Assembly: GCA_038801705.1 (NCBI GenBank)
Contig: JAULTC010000002.1
Coordinates: forward strand, 323,127 to 387,126
Direction: 5' to 3'
Length of the DNA stretch: 64,000 bases
DNA from: Candidatus Methanosuratincola mesotaenarum
Lineage (GTDB): Archaea; Thermoproteota; Methanomethylicia; Methanomethylicales; Methanomethylicaceae
Shown piece by piece: positions 1 to 10,463 of the stretch. The notes below the pieces were generated by a model that saw only the letters and a program-made list of their open reading frames with translations, was not told the DNA's origin and made no database searches. The stretch's first letter is position 1, and the number at the start of each line of letters is the position of its first letter. Made by a program: the position numbers and the translations under genes.

Positions 1-163
1 ATCTGACCACCGTCTCAGTCGCATCCATGCCGTCAATATCAATGTCGGCTACCGAGACCTTGAGTGGCCTGATACCCGCTGCGGTGAGCAGAACCATCTG
101 GGTCTTGCCTTTCTTGAATGGATTCACTTTCCCTCCGCAGACTGACATCGAAATGCGCTCCAC
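1..163 (-). CDS. DUF99-like (EndoV-fold) protein, 5' part only; runs off the window
   Basis: Manual translation from GTG at 163: MERISMSVCGGKVNPFKKGKTQMVLLTAAGIRPLKVSVADIDIDGMDATETVVR. The IDIDGMDATE motif resembles DUF99. Not in the ORF track. Confidence 0.45.
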   Translation of the reverse strand, partial: MERISMSVCGGKVNPFKKGKTQMVLLTAAGIRPLKVSVADIDIDGMDATETVVR

Positions 164-289
164 CCTGGACCATCCTCCTCGCCGTGCCTCTGATCAGGAA
201 CTTACGGCAATTATGCATTCTTTAGCTCTGATAATCAGTCTTTCGCATGCGAACCCCAAATCCCTGCACCGGAGCCAATCCCGTGCCCC

Positions 290-1480
290 TCACTTCTTGA
301 TCAGCGCCCCGAGCCTCTGGTCCTCCTGGAGCGCCTCCTTAAGGTTCTTCGTGGATATGCTTAGGCTCACGACCTTCGTCCTGCCGTACCTACCCTTGCT
401 GACGACCTTTGCATTTGCTATCCCGAGCATATCGAGCTCGTTTATCAGGTCGCTGACCCTCCTCTGGGTGAGAGGCTCTAGACACATGTTCTTAACGAGT
501 GTGCAGTATAAGTCGTAGAGCTCACCAGTCGAACCACCTTTGCCGAGGAGGTGGAGGCTCAGGATCAGGATCTTAGAATGGAGAGGCATCGTCCTGATCA
601 CCTCGACCACTCTGTCCTTCTCTATCTCCTTCTGGGCCATCCTGACGTGCTCCTCCATAACCTTGTTGTTCCCATTCCTCTCTGCTATCTCGCCCGAGAT
701 GCGGAGGAGATCGAGCGCCCTCCTGGCGTCCCCGTGCTCCTTAGCCGCCAGCGCGGCGCAGAGCTTGATCACACTCGCCTCGAACGTGTTCCGGTTGAAT
801 GCAAAGGACGCCCTCCTGCTGAGTATGTCCTCCAGCTCAGAGGCATCGTAAGGAGGGAAGACAAGCTCCTCCTCGCCAAGGCTGCTCCTGACCCTTGGGT
901 CGAGATACTCCATGAACTTGAGGTCGTTCGTAATCCCGACTATCGAGATCCTCGTCCTGCTCAGCCTCTGGTTTATCCTGGTGAGGTCGTAGAGAGCCTT
1001 GTCCCCTGTCTTCTTGACGAGTGCGTCCACCTCGTCCAGGATCGCAAAGATCATCCTTTCGGAGGAATCGACGAGGTTCACGAACCTCCTGAAGACCTCG
1101 GACGTAGAGAGTCCAGTGAAAGGGATCCTCTCACCCACCGACTCGCATAGGTCCGCTAGGACTCTGTAGTTCGTGTCATCATGTTTGCAGTTTATGTACG
1201 CGACCTCAAGGCTGATCCCGACCTTCCTCCCCTCGTCCTCGATCTTCTTCAGCACGTACTTGGTGACTGCGGTCTTCCCAGTCCCTGGCACCCCATAGAT
1301 GAATACATTTGAGGGCCTCGATCCCTTCAGGGAGGGCGCAAGTATCTCGGCGAGCCTGAGTATCTGATCCTCCCTATGCGGCAGGTCGTTCGGTATGTAG
1401 TCCGGCCTCATCATCTCCCTGTTGGCAAAGATCTTTGCACTGAGCACTCTGCTGAAAAGGTTGTCCAACTGATCTGTCAT
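290..1480 (-). CDS. cdc6: Orc1/Cdc6 replication initiator
   Basis: Walker A GVPGTGKT, Walker B LDEVD, HGDARRALDLLR, C-terminal winged helix (SKGRYGRT). Start set at ATG 1480 (MTDQLD). Confidence 0.95.
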   Translation of the reverse strand: MTDQLDNLFSRVLSAKIFANREMMRPDYIPNDLPHREDQILRLAEILAPSLKGSRPSNVFIYGVPGTGKTAVTKYVLKKIEDEGRKVGISLEVAYINCKHDDTNYRVLADLCESVGERIPFTGLSTSEVFRRFVNLVDSSERMIFAILDEVDALVKKTGDKALYDLTRINQRLSRTRISIVGITNDLKFMEYLDPRVRSSLGEEELVFPPYDASELEDILSRRASFAFNRNTFEASVIKLCAALAAKEHGDARRALDLLRISGEIAERNGNNKVMEEHVRMAQKEIEKDRVVEVIRTMPLHSKILILSLHLLGKGGSTGELYDLYCTLVKNMCLEPLTQRRVSDLINELDMLGIANAKVVSKGRYGRTKVVSLSISTKNLKEALQEDQRLGALIKK

Positions 1481-1610
1481 GGGGCTCTCTCCAGGGGATG
1501 CATTTGAATTAGTGGATCCAGTGGAAATATAAGCTCTTTCCACTGCCCTGCCATGGGGAATGGGGATCTTTTGTTGGGGAGCCTAACCCACAGCGCTTCC
1601 AGCGGCTCTG
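1481..1610. promoter_or_regulatory. cdc6 promoter with ORB-like boxes (possible oriC or autoregulatory site)
   Basis: TCCAGTGGAAA at 1517-1527 and inverted TTTCCACTG at 1537-1545 flank a TATA-like spacer. Related TCCAGGGGA (1490) and TTCCAGCGG (1597). Confidence 0.6.
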
Positions 1611-1814
1611 TGCCTTTTACATCCTGGTTTAAATTCTGGGCGAATGCCTCTTGCTTTTTTACCTGTCTCAAGATCGATCGAGCCCAAGATGGGGGCATCC
1701 CCTTCCTAACAAACGGTTGCCGGTGGCGTGGGCAAACGGGCCACGGAAGGGCAAGATTTGAGGCGACAGCAGGCTTTTTAAAAGCCCGAATGGCTATCTA
1801 CCCGATATGGATAG

Positions 1815-2960
1815 GTGGCGTGGTCCTTGATCTCTCAGGTGTGGCGTGTCAACCTAGCGACGATGCTCTTCTTCACTTTGATCCAAGTGGTCGTCCCGCT
1901 CATACCTAGATACGCCCTGACGGTCTCCGCCTCACCTTTCCTGATCGGTCTCGCCGTTTCCTCGATCTCCTTGACTGCGATCTTCCTCAGGCCCGTCTCA
2001 GGTTTCTTGAGCGATACATGGTTCAGGTCTAAGCTGATGGTGACTGGGCTAGCATTCGGGTCTGCTGCTTACATCGTACTCTACCTCTCAACCGACATCT
2101 ACCAGATAATGCTCGGAAGGCTTCTCGAGGGGGTGGCAGTCGCGCTCTTCGTGCCTTCATCAATAGCAAGCGCGGTGGACCAAGCACCGGCTGGAAAGGT
2201 GGGTGAGACCCTTGGGTGGAGGAGCCTGATGATCGGTCTAGGCTTCACGGCTGGACCGGCCCTTGGGGGTCTGCTTGCAGAGGCATTCGGCTACACTGCA
2301 ACCTTCGGGATGACCTCTGTAATGATCATTTTCCTCATCCCACTCGTGGTATATAAGGAGCCGAAGAGGGAGAAGGGGTCGTTCTCGGTCTCGATCAAAG
2401 GGCTGGCTGAGAGGCATTTTGTCGTCGCTTTCGTGAGCTATGTGTTCTATGCAGTTGCTTGGATGGGGCTGCTCACCTTCCTCTCGACTTACCTGAAGAT
2501 ACTTGGGTACGGAGACCTCCAGATCGGGCTCTTTGTTAGCATCCAGGCTGTCTCGAGCCTTGTCCTGAGGATATTCGCGGGAAGGGCTGCCGACAGGAAC
2601 CCTGCACTGATGACCTACCTGGGGCTCTTCATGATCTCCTTCGCTTTCCTTCTGATATCCCTCAACCAGGAGCCCGTCAAGCTCTACTTTGATGCATTGA
2701 TCTTCGGGCTCGGCCTCGGCGTCTTCGTGCCTGGATCGCAGACGCTCGCGCTGGCGCATGCGCACGCGGGGAGCAGGGGCTTCCTCTCGAGCATATACAC
2801 GATGGGGATGGACATAGGGAACATGGTGGGTCCGATGATATTCGGTGCAGTTATCCAGGCCTCCGGCAGTTACCCTAAGTCCTTCCTAATCGCACCTGTG
2901 CTGACATTCATCGCCGCGCTTGTTGTATTGGTTCCAGAGCGGATCGGCCGACTTACTTAA
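1815..2960 (+). CDS. MFS transporter
   Basis: 381 aa with about 12 hydrophobic segments; GFLSDTWFRSKL and GRAADR MFS loop motifs. Confidence 0.85.
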   Translation: MAWSLISQVWRVNLATMLFFTLIQVVVPLIPRYALTVSASPFLIGLAVSSISLTAIFLRPVSGFLSDTWFRSKLMVTGLAFGSAAYIVLYLSTDIYQIMLGRLLEGVAVALFVPSSIASAVDQAPAGKVGETLGWRSLMIGLGFTAGPALGGLLAEAFGYTATFGMTSVMIIFLIPLVVYKEPKREKGSFSVSIKGLAERHFVVAFVSYVFYAVAWMGLLTFLSTYLKILGYGDLQIGLFVSIQAVSSLVLRIFAGRAADRNPALMTYLGLFMISFAFLLISLNQEPVKLYFDALIFGLGLGVFVPGSQTLALAHAHAGSRGFLSSIYTMGMDIGNMVGPMIFGAVIQASGSYPKSFLIAPVLTFIAALVVLVPERIGRLT

Positions 2961-3008
2961 GGAAAAACTAAATTTATGCCAGTTGCTCCATAATCAACAG
3001 GGCTCCAG

Positions 3009-4343
3009 ATGTTGATCCTTCGTTATGAAAAGGGGACTGTGCTCTCAGGCAACGTCCGTGTGCCACACTCGAGCTGGGACTCGTCAGCGAAATCGCACCG
3101 GAGCCTGGCGATCCGCTACCCAGAGATCCTCCGTTACCTTAGGGAGAGCGGGATTCAGTTCGAGGACAGGGTTCTCGACCCGCCGCACCACCCTGATTTC
3201 AGGGCCGAGGTCGTCCCAAGGAGCTACCAGCTTGAGGCCCTAGACTCCTGGCTGGAGTCTGGTATGCGCGGGGTAGTGGTTCTCCCTACCGGTTCCGGTA
3301 AGACCATCCTCGGAATACTGGCGATACAGGAGGCTAACTGCCCGGCGATTGTGGTGGTTCCCACGATCGACCTCATGGACCAGTGGAGGATCAGGCTCTC
3401 GAGCGCCTTCCGGATGGAGGTGGGCGCATATGGCGGTGGCGAATCCACTTTGGGGCCGCTAACGGTGGCGACCTATGATACAGCATACCTGAGGGCTGAG
3501 GAGCTCGGCAACAGGTTCCCGCTGATCATATTCGACGAGGTCCACCACCTTCCCTCGGCTGGGTACTCACAGATAGCGGAACTATACGCCTCCCCATACA
3601 GGCTGGGCCTGACGGCGACCTATGAGAGAGAAGACGGGCTCCACAGCCGCCTCCCCGACTTGGTGGGGCCGAAGGTTTACGAAAGAAAGGTTAAGGAGAT
3701 GGCAGGAGTCCACCTGGCCAACTTCCGGATCGACCGTGTCCACGTTGACCTGCCGCCGACCGAGGCTGGGGAGTACCTGAAGGCAATGGGCGTTTACAGG
3801 GGCTTTTTGAAGAGGAGGAAGCTGAGGATGCGATCGCCTGAGGATTTCAAGCGCCTGGTGATTATGAGCGGGAGGGACCCAGAGGCTCGGCAGGCACTGC
3901 TCGCAAGGATGAGGGCTATGGAGGTCGCCCTCAACTCCAAGTCAAAATTGGAGGTACTGAGGAGGATCCTAGAGGAGAACCGCGGCGAGCGAACCCTGAT
4001 CTTCACCCATCACAACTCGCTCGTTTATGCGATAAGTTCCACATTCCTAATCCCCGCGATAACCCATGAGACGCCCAAAGATGAGCGGTCGAGGATACTG
4101 AGGAAGTTCAGAGAGGGTACTTACACTGTCTTGGTGACATCTCGAGTGCTGGACGAGGGTATCGATGTCCCCGAGGCGTCGCTGGGCATAATACTCAGCG
4201 GGACCGGATCGAAGAGGGAGTTCGTCCAGAGGCTCGGCAGGCTCCTTAGGAAGAGTGGCAAGAAGGAGGCCAGGCTGATCGAGATAGTTTCGAGGCTCAC
4301 CGACGAGTCGAGGATAAGCAGCAGGCGGAGGCGCGGCGTCTAA
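3009..4343 (+). CDS. xpb: XPB/Rad25 superfamily 2 helicase
   Basis: LPTGSGKT, DEVHH, LGLTAT, RED motif (YERED), VQRLGRLLR. Confidence 0.92.
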   Translation: MLILRYEKGTVLSGNVRVPHSSWDSSAKSHRSLAIRYPEILRYLRESGIQFEDRVLDPPHHPDFRAEVVPRSYQLEALDSWLESGMRGVVVLPTGSGKTILGILAIQEANCPAIVVVPTIDLMDQWRIRLSSAFRMEVGAYGGGESTLGPLTVATYDTAYLRAEELGNRFPLIIFDEVHHLPSAGYSQIAELYASPYRLGLTATYEREDGLHSRLPDLVGPKVYERKVKEMAGVHLANFRIDRVHVDLPPTEAGEYLKAMGVYRGFLKRRKLRMRSPEDFKRLVIMSGRDPEARQALLARMRAMEVALNSKSKLEVLRRILEENRGERTLIFTHHNSLVYAISSTFLIPAITHETPKDERSRILRKFREGTYTVLVTSRVLDEGIDVPEASLGIILSGTGSKREFVQRLGRLLRKSGKKEARLIEIVSRLTDESRISSRRRRGV

Positions 4344-5875
4344 TGCTCCCGTCCGAGCTGCTAGTCGCTAGGGTCAGGGGTGGAATGATATCACCGTGCT
4401 ACCTCAGCCCAGAGGGGCCCGAGAGGGCGCTCGCGAATAGGCTCATATCCCTATACTCTAAGAACATCGGGAAGAAGAAGTCCGAGATCCTTAGGGGCGC
4501 CCGGGAGATCGAATCAAATTGGAACGACTTCAGAGTGGTGAGGGGTTTGTGTGCCCTCCTCGACCGGTTGTCGGTCTTCGAGGTCAAGAGCCCCGTCGAT
4601 CCACCTGCATTCAGGGAATCCATATTCGAAGAAGGGATGCCAGTCCTGGATGAGGGAAAACGCCTCGAGGTGCTGGGCAGAGTCGCAGCGAGGTTCAGGC
4701 TGCGCCCAGAGGAGGTCCTCTCCCACCTCTGGGCCGACCTCCCGGAGGAAAGGGTACTCACATCTTTCTCGGAGCCATCCGATTCTGCCCTGATCTCCTC
4801 ATACAACCTCTCTTTGACCCAGACGCTCCTCTTCCGGGCAACGTTCCTCGAGGTCTCTTTGAAGGGGAATGCGCGCCCTGTACTCAGTGCGGTCAAGCGC
4901 TTTGGTCTCATGTACTCTATCAAGGCGGTGGAGGAGAACGCGGTATCGATAGCGATAGATGGCCCCGCGTCGATGATAAAGCTGACTGAGAGGTATGGCA
5001 CATCCTTGGCCAAGCTGATCCCCAAGGTCTTAGTATCTGGGCATTGGGAAATCCGCTCCCAGATCTCCAGGGGATCCTTCGGGAGGAAACGCCTCCTTGG
5101 CTTCAGCCTCTCCTCCTCTGACGGCGTCGTCTTCCCGGATGCCCCTCCCCAGGATGACGGGTATGACAGTTCTGTGGAAGAGTCCTTTTCGAGGCGGTTC
5201 AGGGCGCTGGAGACCCGGTGGAGGCTACTGCGGGAGCCGGGGCTAATCAAGACAGCATCTGGGATCCTCATACCAGATTTTGCATTTGAGACAGGCGGGC
5301 GCAGGGTCTACTTAGAGATAGTGGGGTTCTGGACTCCAGAGTACTTGGAGAAGAAGATCTCAAAGCTCAACTCCTTGCCCCCTGGGATCGAGTTCATAGT
5401 GGCGGTCAACAGGGCTCTGGCATCGACCGACCGTTTCCGGGGTAGGGTGGCAAAGGTCATCGAGTTCGATCGCGAGGTACCGCTTCAGCCCATACTCGAA
5501 GTGCTCGAGTCTGCCGAGAAATCCATCCTTAAGGAGGATGAGAAAAGGCTGGACGGGATCTCTATCGAGCCGAAATCAGATGTGGTCGATCTGGCTAAAA
5601 CCGCGGTGGAGCTTGGTGTTTCTTACGACGCACTTGCAGAGAAACTCTCCAAGTCGACAACCAAGGGATACCTCCTTGCTGGGAGGTACCTGATCTCCGA
5701 ACGGGTTGCCAGAGAGCTGCAGGATATACTCTCAAAGGAGCGGGGCCTTGGCGTAGTTGAGGAAAAGTTCAGGGCACTTGGGATCGCAGATCCGATCCCT
5801 GTCCTATCCCGGCTTGGCTATTCCGTCAGATGGGTCGGGCTATCGACCGATTCTGCTGAGGTCGTCAAAAAATGA
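4343..5875 (+). CDS. bax1: Bax1 (DUF790) nuclease, XPB partner
   Basis: Start overlaps the xpb stop; YNLSLTQTLL and PDF...LEIVGFWTPEYLEKK nuclease-like motif. Confidence 0.88.
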   Translation: MLPSELLVARVRGGMISPCYLSPEGPERALANRLISLYSKNIGKKKSEILRGAREIESNWNDFRVVRGLCALLDRLSVFEVKSPVDPPAFRESIFEEGMPVLDEGKRLEVLGRVAARFRLRPEEVLSHLWADLPEERVLTSFSEPSDSALISSYNLSLTQTLLFRATFLEVSLKGNARPVLSAVKRFGLMYSIKAVEENAVSIAIDGPASMIKLTERYGTSLAKLIPKVLVSGHWEIRSQISRGSFGRKRLLGFSLSSSDGVVFPDAPPQDDGYDSSVEESFSRRFRALETRWRLLREPGLIKTASGILIPDFAFETGGRRVYLEIVGFWTPEYLEKKISKLNSLPPGIEFIVAVNRALASTDRFRGRVAKVIEFDREVPLQPILEVLESAEKSILKEDEKRLDGISIEPKSDVVDLAKTAVELGVSYDALAEKLSKSTTKGYLLAGRYLISERVARELQDILSKERGLGVVEEKFRALGIADPIPVLSRLGYSVRWVGLSTDSAEVVKK

Positions 5876-5892
5876 TCTTGATGGATGGAGAC

Positions 5893-5987
5893 TGGTGCTC
5901 TGGCCGGGATTTGAACCCGGGTCACTGGCTCTCTTCGCCTCTGGGCACGAAAGGCCAGTATACTTGACCGGACTATACGACCAGAGC
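5893..5987 (-). tRNA. tRNA-Glu(TTC) with 17-nt intron (5931-5947)
   Basis: Acceptor GCTCTGG/CCAGAGC, T-loop TTCAAAT, encoded CCA; intron at 37/38 forms a clean BHB (CUUU/GAAG central helix). Confidence 0.95.
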
Positions 5988-6106
5988 ATCGTCGCACATA
6001 ATTCTCTGTAGCCTTTAATAATTTTTCCTTCGCCATGGACACAGCCCCAGTCCTCTTTTGGATCAGAAAAAAGTTAATAGTGTAGTCTGGACTGAAATCA
6101 ATAGTT

Positions 6107-6194
6107 GCGGGGGTCGCCAAGTCAGGTTAAAGGCGCAAGGCTTAGGACCTTGTGGCGAAGGCCTTCGTGGGTTCAAATCCCACTCCCCGCACCA
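6107..6194 (+). tRNA. tRNA-Leu(TAG)
   Basis: Anticodon arm CAAGG-CTTAGGA-CCTTG, long variable arm, GGTTCAAATCC, encoded CCA. Confidence 0.95.
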
Positions 6195-6796
6195 ACCCCT
6201 ATTATACAAAACGAGCAAAATTAAGTTTGAGTATTTGGCTCCACTAAGGACGATTTGAGCTCACATTCTTCAATTACTTGATTTAGAATAACTTTACCTT
6301 TGCAGTTCTTCTCGTTGCTTAACACCGTTTTATCAATGTTTTCCTGGCCCCTTCCGTTCTTTCGATTTCCCCTCTCCATCTCTTTTTCCTCCACGCCATC
6401 ATTTCTATCCTCATCGAGATCCTATGCTTGCATACGCTTATTCAGTGTGAGCATCTGCATCAGGTTGAAGCGGACCGGGAGAAGATCTTCTGCATCCTCA
6501 CCCTGGCAACGCCGTCACCAGCATGTGCCCAGCTTCATCAAATGTCCAAGCTCCCCTCACCTTCTATGCTTGAAGCTAAAGAACCTAAAGTTCCATCGAA
6601 TCTAAACGCGCTATCTATCAAAGTAAGATAGTCGAAGCGAATGGGCAACCCTCGAGCTCGGGTATTGGATGATTTAGTCATTGTTAATGGAAAAAAGGAA
6701 AGCAAATTTTAACTTTATCGCTAGGGCCCCGCTGATAGAGAGAGAAGGTAATTCATATAGGTATATTGTTTCCTAAATATGGGGTGACCAATTCTG

Positions 6797-7558
6797 GTGG
6801 AATGGATGCGAGACGATGTAAGAGATTTTGTCAGAACGAGGTACGGTAGGATAGCAAAATCTGGCGGCTCCTGTTGCCCTTCATGCGGGTGCGGGGATTC
6901 CGACGGGAACGCAAGGAGTATGAGCTACTCTGAGGATGACCTGAGGTCGGCGCCTCCTGAGTCAATGATGGGTCTTGGGTGTGGCAATCCCATCGCTTAC
7001 GCGGACCTAACGCCAGGCGAGGTGGTCTTGGATCTCGGATCCGGCGGGGGGATCGACGTTTTCTTGGCTGCAAAGAGAGTCGGCGAGAAGGGCAGGGTAA
7101 TTGGAGTGGACATGACCGATGAGATGCTGGGGCGGGCGAGGGATGCCGCGGTCCAGCACGGTTTCATGAACGTGGAGTTCAGGAAGGGGGAGATCGAATC
7201 CCTCCCTGTTGGTGACTCCTCAGTTGACGTTGTGATCAGCAACTGCGTGATAAACCTCTCGGTGGACAAAGCACGCGTCTTCAGGGAGATCCACCGGGTC
7301 CTCAAGCCAGGTGGAAGGATGGTGGTCTCCGACCTCGTCACAAACGGAGACCTGCCAGAGGACCTGAAGCGGAGCCTTGATGCTTGGGCCAGCTGTATTG
7401 CCGGAGCGGTTGAGAAGGAAGTCTACATCAGTCTAATTAGGGAATCCGGGCTCGAAGACATACGAATCATGGCAGAATCTGGATATTCAGGTGGCGTACC
7501 TGAATTTCTCACTAAGATCAAGAGCATAACAGTCTATGCTGCGAAGCCAAAGGTCTGA
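6797..7558 (+). CDS. arsM: Arsenite S-adenosylmethionine methyltransferase
   Basis: LGCGNP, VLDLGSGGGID, ISNCVINL, WASCIAGA; N-terminal CC motif. Confidence 0.9.
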   Translation: MEWMRDDVRDFVRTRYGRIAKSGGSCCPSCGCGDSDGNARSMSYSEDDLRSAPPESMMGLGCGNPIAYADLTPGEVVLDLGSGGGIDVFLAAKRVGEKGRVIGVDMTDEMLGRARDAAVQHGFMNVEFRKGEIESLPVGDSSVDVVISNCVINLSVDKARVFREIHRVLKPGGRMVVSDLVTNGDLPEDLKRSLDAWASCIAGAVEKEVYISLIRESGLEDIRIMAESGYSGGVPEFLTKIKSITVYAAKPKV

Positions 7559-7729
7559 TCCGATCCTGAAGACCTTACACCTCTCTTTTCGTTTTATCGT
7601 GTTTCAGGCGCGAAATGTGAATTCTTAAAAACTGCCATTGGAAAAGCTTTCTCATCTAGAAACATTTAAACGCTGGAAGGTTAAATCGGATAGCATTGCG
7701 GGGGTTGGGTTTGGGGGGCGAAGGATCTG

Positions 7730-10318
7730 ATGGGGATTCGAGTGGATCCGGAGGAAGTAGTGTGCGTACCGCCTTCCTTAAAGACCGAAGAGCTGGCAGC
7801 CCTCCCTATAGAAGAGATCTTCTCACAGCTTAGAACTGCCCCATCGGGACTCACATTTGCAGAGGCCGAGTCAAGGCTGCAGGTCTGCGGAAGGAACGAG
7901 ATTGTTAGAACGAAGAAGCGATCTGCGGTCATCGAGTTCCTGCTCCACCTCAAGAGCCCCCTGTTGATGATCCTGCTATTCGCTGCCTTGGTCTCGGGCA
8001 TCCTAGGGGAGCTAACCAACACTGGGATCATACTCTCAATTGTCTTCCTGAGCGTCGCGCTCGACTACTACCAGGAGTCAAAGGCTGAAAGTGCAGCCCA
8101 GCTTTTGAAAGAGAAGGTAACCACGACCGCCACAGTGATGAGGGACTCGAAGAAGCAGGAAGTGAGCATTGCCGAGATAGTGCCGGGCGATGTGATCTAC
8201 CTTTCGGCTGGGGACATCATTCCTGCGGACGCGAGGGTCATCACCGCCAAGGATCTCTTCGTCAACCAGTCCGCACTCACTGGGGAGTCGATTCCGGTCG
8301 AGAAGATGCCGGGGCAGGTATCCCTGACTACTACTCCTACGGGCGAGTGGAGCAACCTCCTCTTCATGGGGACCTCCGTCGTAAGCGGCACTGGGACGGC
8401 AGTCGTGGTCAGGACAGGCGCTAGCACCGAGTTCGGGAAGATTGCAAAGAAGCTGGTCGCCAAGGCACCTGAGACCGACTTCGAAAGAGGGCTGAGGAGC
8501 TTCGGATACATGATCATGCAGATTACGTTCGTGCTCGTGATCTTTGTATTCTTCATTAACGCCCTCTTCAAGCGCGACATTCTCGAGTCCCTCCTCTTCT
8601 CGGTGGCGCTGGCAGTGGGGCTCACGCCTGAGCTTCTTCCGATGATACTCTCGGTCAACCTCTCCAACGGTGCCCTCGCAATGTCGAAGCATGGGGTCAT
8701 AGTCAAGCGCCTTTCATCGATCCAGAACTTCGGGACGATGGACGTGCTCTGCACCGATAAGACTGGGACGCTTACCGAGAACAAGATCAAGCTGGTTCTC
8801 CACGTAAACCTCGAGGACGGGGAGGACGAGAGGGTTCTCCTCTTCTCATACCTGAACAGCTACTTTCAGACCGGCCTTAAGAGCCCTTTGGACGAGGCGA
8901 TCCTCGCGTACCGGGATCTAGACATCGGCCGCTACAGCAAAATCGACGAGATCCCCTTCGACTTCATGAGGCGCAGGGTCTCTGTGGTCATGGACTACGA
9001 GGATCAAGGGCTACTGATCACCAAGGGGGCCCCCGAAGCAGTACTCGCAATATGCTCCTACTGCGAATATGAGGATCGGACAATAGACCTGACACCTGAG
9101 CTCGCAGCAATGGTGGAAACCCAGTACAGGCGGCTGAGTGCAGAGGGCTTCAGGGTGCTCGCGGTTGCATACAGGAAGCTGAAGGAGAGGAAGCCTTCTT
9201 ACTCGATAAGCGACGAAGTGGGTATGGTCTTCCTTGGGCTTGTCGCGTTCCTGGATCCTCCCAAGGAAAGCGCCCGCGACTCCCTGAAGCTCCTGAAGAG
9301 TGCTGGCATAGAGCTCAAGATCCTGACTGGTGACAACGAGCTGGTCACCAAAAAGGTCTGCGACGACCTTGAATTCGAGATAAAGGGGCTCGTCTTGGGG
9401 AGTGAGATCTCCGAGCTGCACGACGATGCCCTGTCAAGGGTAGTCGAGGAGGCAAATGTCTTCGCTAGACTCACCCCAGGTCAGAAGGACAGGATAATCG
9501 TAGCACTGAGGCAAAATGGACACGTGGTCGGATTCTTGGGCGACGGCATAAACGATGCCCCTTCGATGCGGACCGCGGATGTCGCTATCTCGGTAGACAA
9601 CGCGGTGGACGTCGCGAAGGAGGCCGCGGACATAGTCCTGCTCAGGAAGAGCCTCACAGTCCTCGAGAAGGGGGTAATCGAGGGGAGGAAAGCGTTCGGG
9701 AACACAATGAAGTACATAATGATGAATGCCAGCTCGAACTTCGGGAACATGTTCAGCGTCGCGGGCGCCTCGCTCTTCCTCCCCTTCCTGCCGATGCTCC
9801 CCACCCAGATCCTCCTTAACAACCTTCTCTATGACTTCTCACAGTTCACGATCACGACCGATCACGTCGATAGGGACTACCTGGACAAGCCGAAGCGCTG
9901 GGACATCTCGTTCATCAAGAAGTTCATGCTTGTATTTGGGCCGGTCAGCTCACTCTTCGATTTCATAACCTTCTTCATAATGCTTTACGTCTTCAAGGCT
10001 GTCGAGCCGCTATTCCAGACAGCGTGGTTCACCGTCTCGCTCTGCACCCAGGTTCTTGTCGTATTTGCGATCAGGACAAGCGTGGTGCCATTCTTCAGGA
10101 GCCGTCCAAGCAAGACGCTGGCAGCAGGGAGCCTAGCAATCGTCGCAGTGGGGCTGTTGATTCCTTTCTTGCCAATAGGTCCACTCTTCAATTTCACCCA
10201 GCCGCCACTCGGGTTCTACGTCTTCCTAGCGCTGATCCTTGGTGCCTATTTCCTGCTCACGGAGTCCGTGAAGGCATGGTTCTACAGGCGGTATCACCTC
10301 GGCATTGCGAGAGAGTAG
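7730..10318 (+). CDS. mgtA: Mg2+-importing P-type ATPase
   Basis: TGES, LTPELLPMI, DKTGTLT, GDGINDAP, SSNFGNMFS (typical of P3B). Confidence 0.92.
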   Translation: MGIRVDPEEVVCVPPSLKTEELAALPIEEIFSQLRTAPSGLTFAEAESRLQVCGRNEIVRTKKRSAVIEFLLHLKSPLLMILLFAALVSGILGELTNTGIILSIVFLSVALDYYQESKAESAAQLLKEKVTTTATVMRDSKKQEVSIAEIVPGDVIYLSAGDIIPADARVITAKDLFVNQSALTGESIPVEKMPGQVSLTTTPTGEWSNLLFMGTSVVSGTGTAVVVRTGASTEFGKIAKKLVAKAPETDFERGLRSFGYMIMQITFVLVIFVFFINALFKRDILESLLFSVALAVGLTPELLPMILSVNLSNGALAMSKHGVIVKRLSSIQNFGTMDVLCTDKTGTLTENKIKLVLHVNLEDGEDERVLLFSYLNSYFQTGLKSPLDEAILAYRDLDIGRYSKIDEIPFDFMRRRVSVVMDYEDQGLLITKGAPEAVLAICSYCEYEDRTIDLTPELAAMVETQYRRLSAEGFRVLAVAYRKLKERKPSYSISDEVGMVFLGLVAFLDPPKESARDSLKLLKSAGIELKILTGDNELVTKKVCDDLEFEIKGLVLGSEISELHDDALSRVVEEANVFARLTPGQKDRIIVALRQNGHVVGFLGDGINDAPSMRTADVAISVDNAVDVAKEAADIVLLRKSLTVLEKGVIEGRKAFGNTMKYIMMNASSNFGNMFSVAGASLFLPFLPMLPTQILLNNLLYDFSQFTITTDHVDRDYLDKPKRWDISFIKKFMLVFGPVSSLFDFITFFIMLYVFKAVEPLFQTAWFTVSLCTQVLVVFAIRTSVVPFFRSRPSKTLAAGSLAIVAVGLLIPFLPIGPLFNFTQPPLGFYVFLALILGAYFLLTESVKAWFYRRYHLGIARE

Positions 10319-10463
10319 TGCCGCCTTGCCTTCCGCCATAGGATCAGGAAGACATAGGTGGCCTTCCAACCATAAAAAGACGAGTGGGGGCGGTTAGACA
10401 CCAGTAATCCAGCCATCTTTTTTTGGGAATGTTAAAATATACTCTCCCCATTAAAATAATCTG

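Noticed and set aside
27-518. 163-aa + strand ORF, and the many similar ORFs overlapping called genes on the opposite strand or in other frames
   Set aside because: Shadow frames of GC-rich genes with no family motifs.
6300-6631. Short ORFs and a possible CxC...CKH (SWIM-like) motif after tRNA-Leu
   Set aside because: Interrupted by stops, with no consistent frame or recognisable family.
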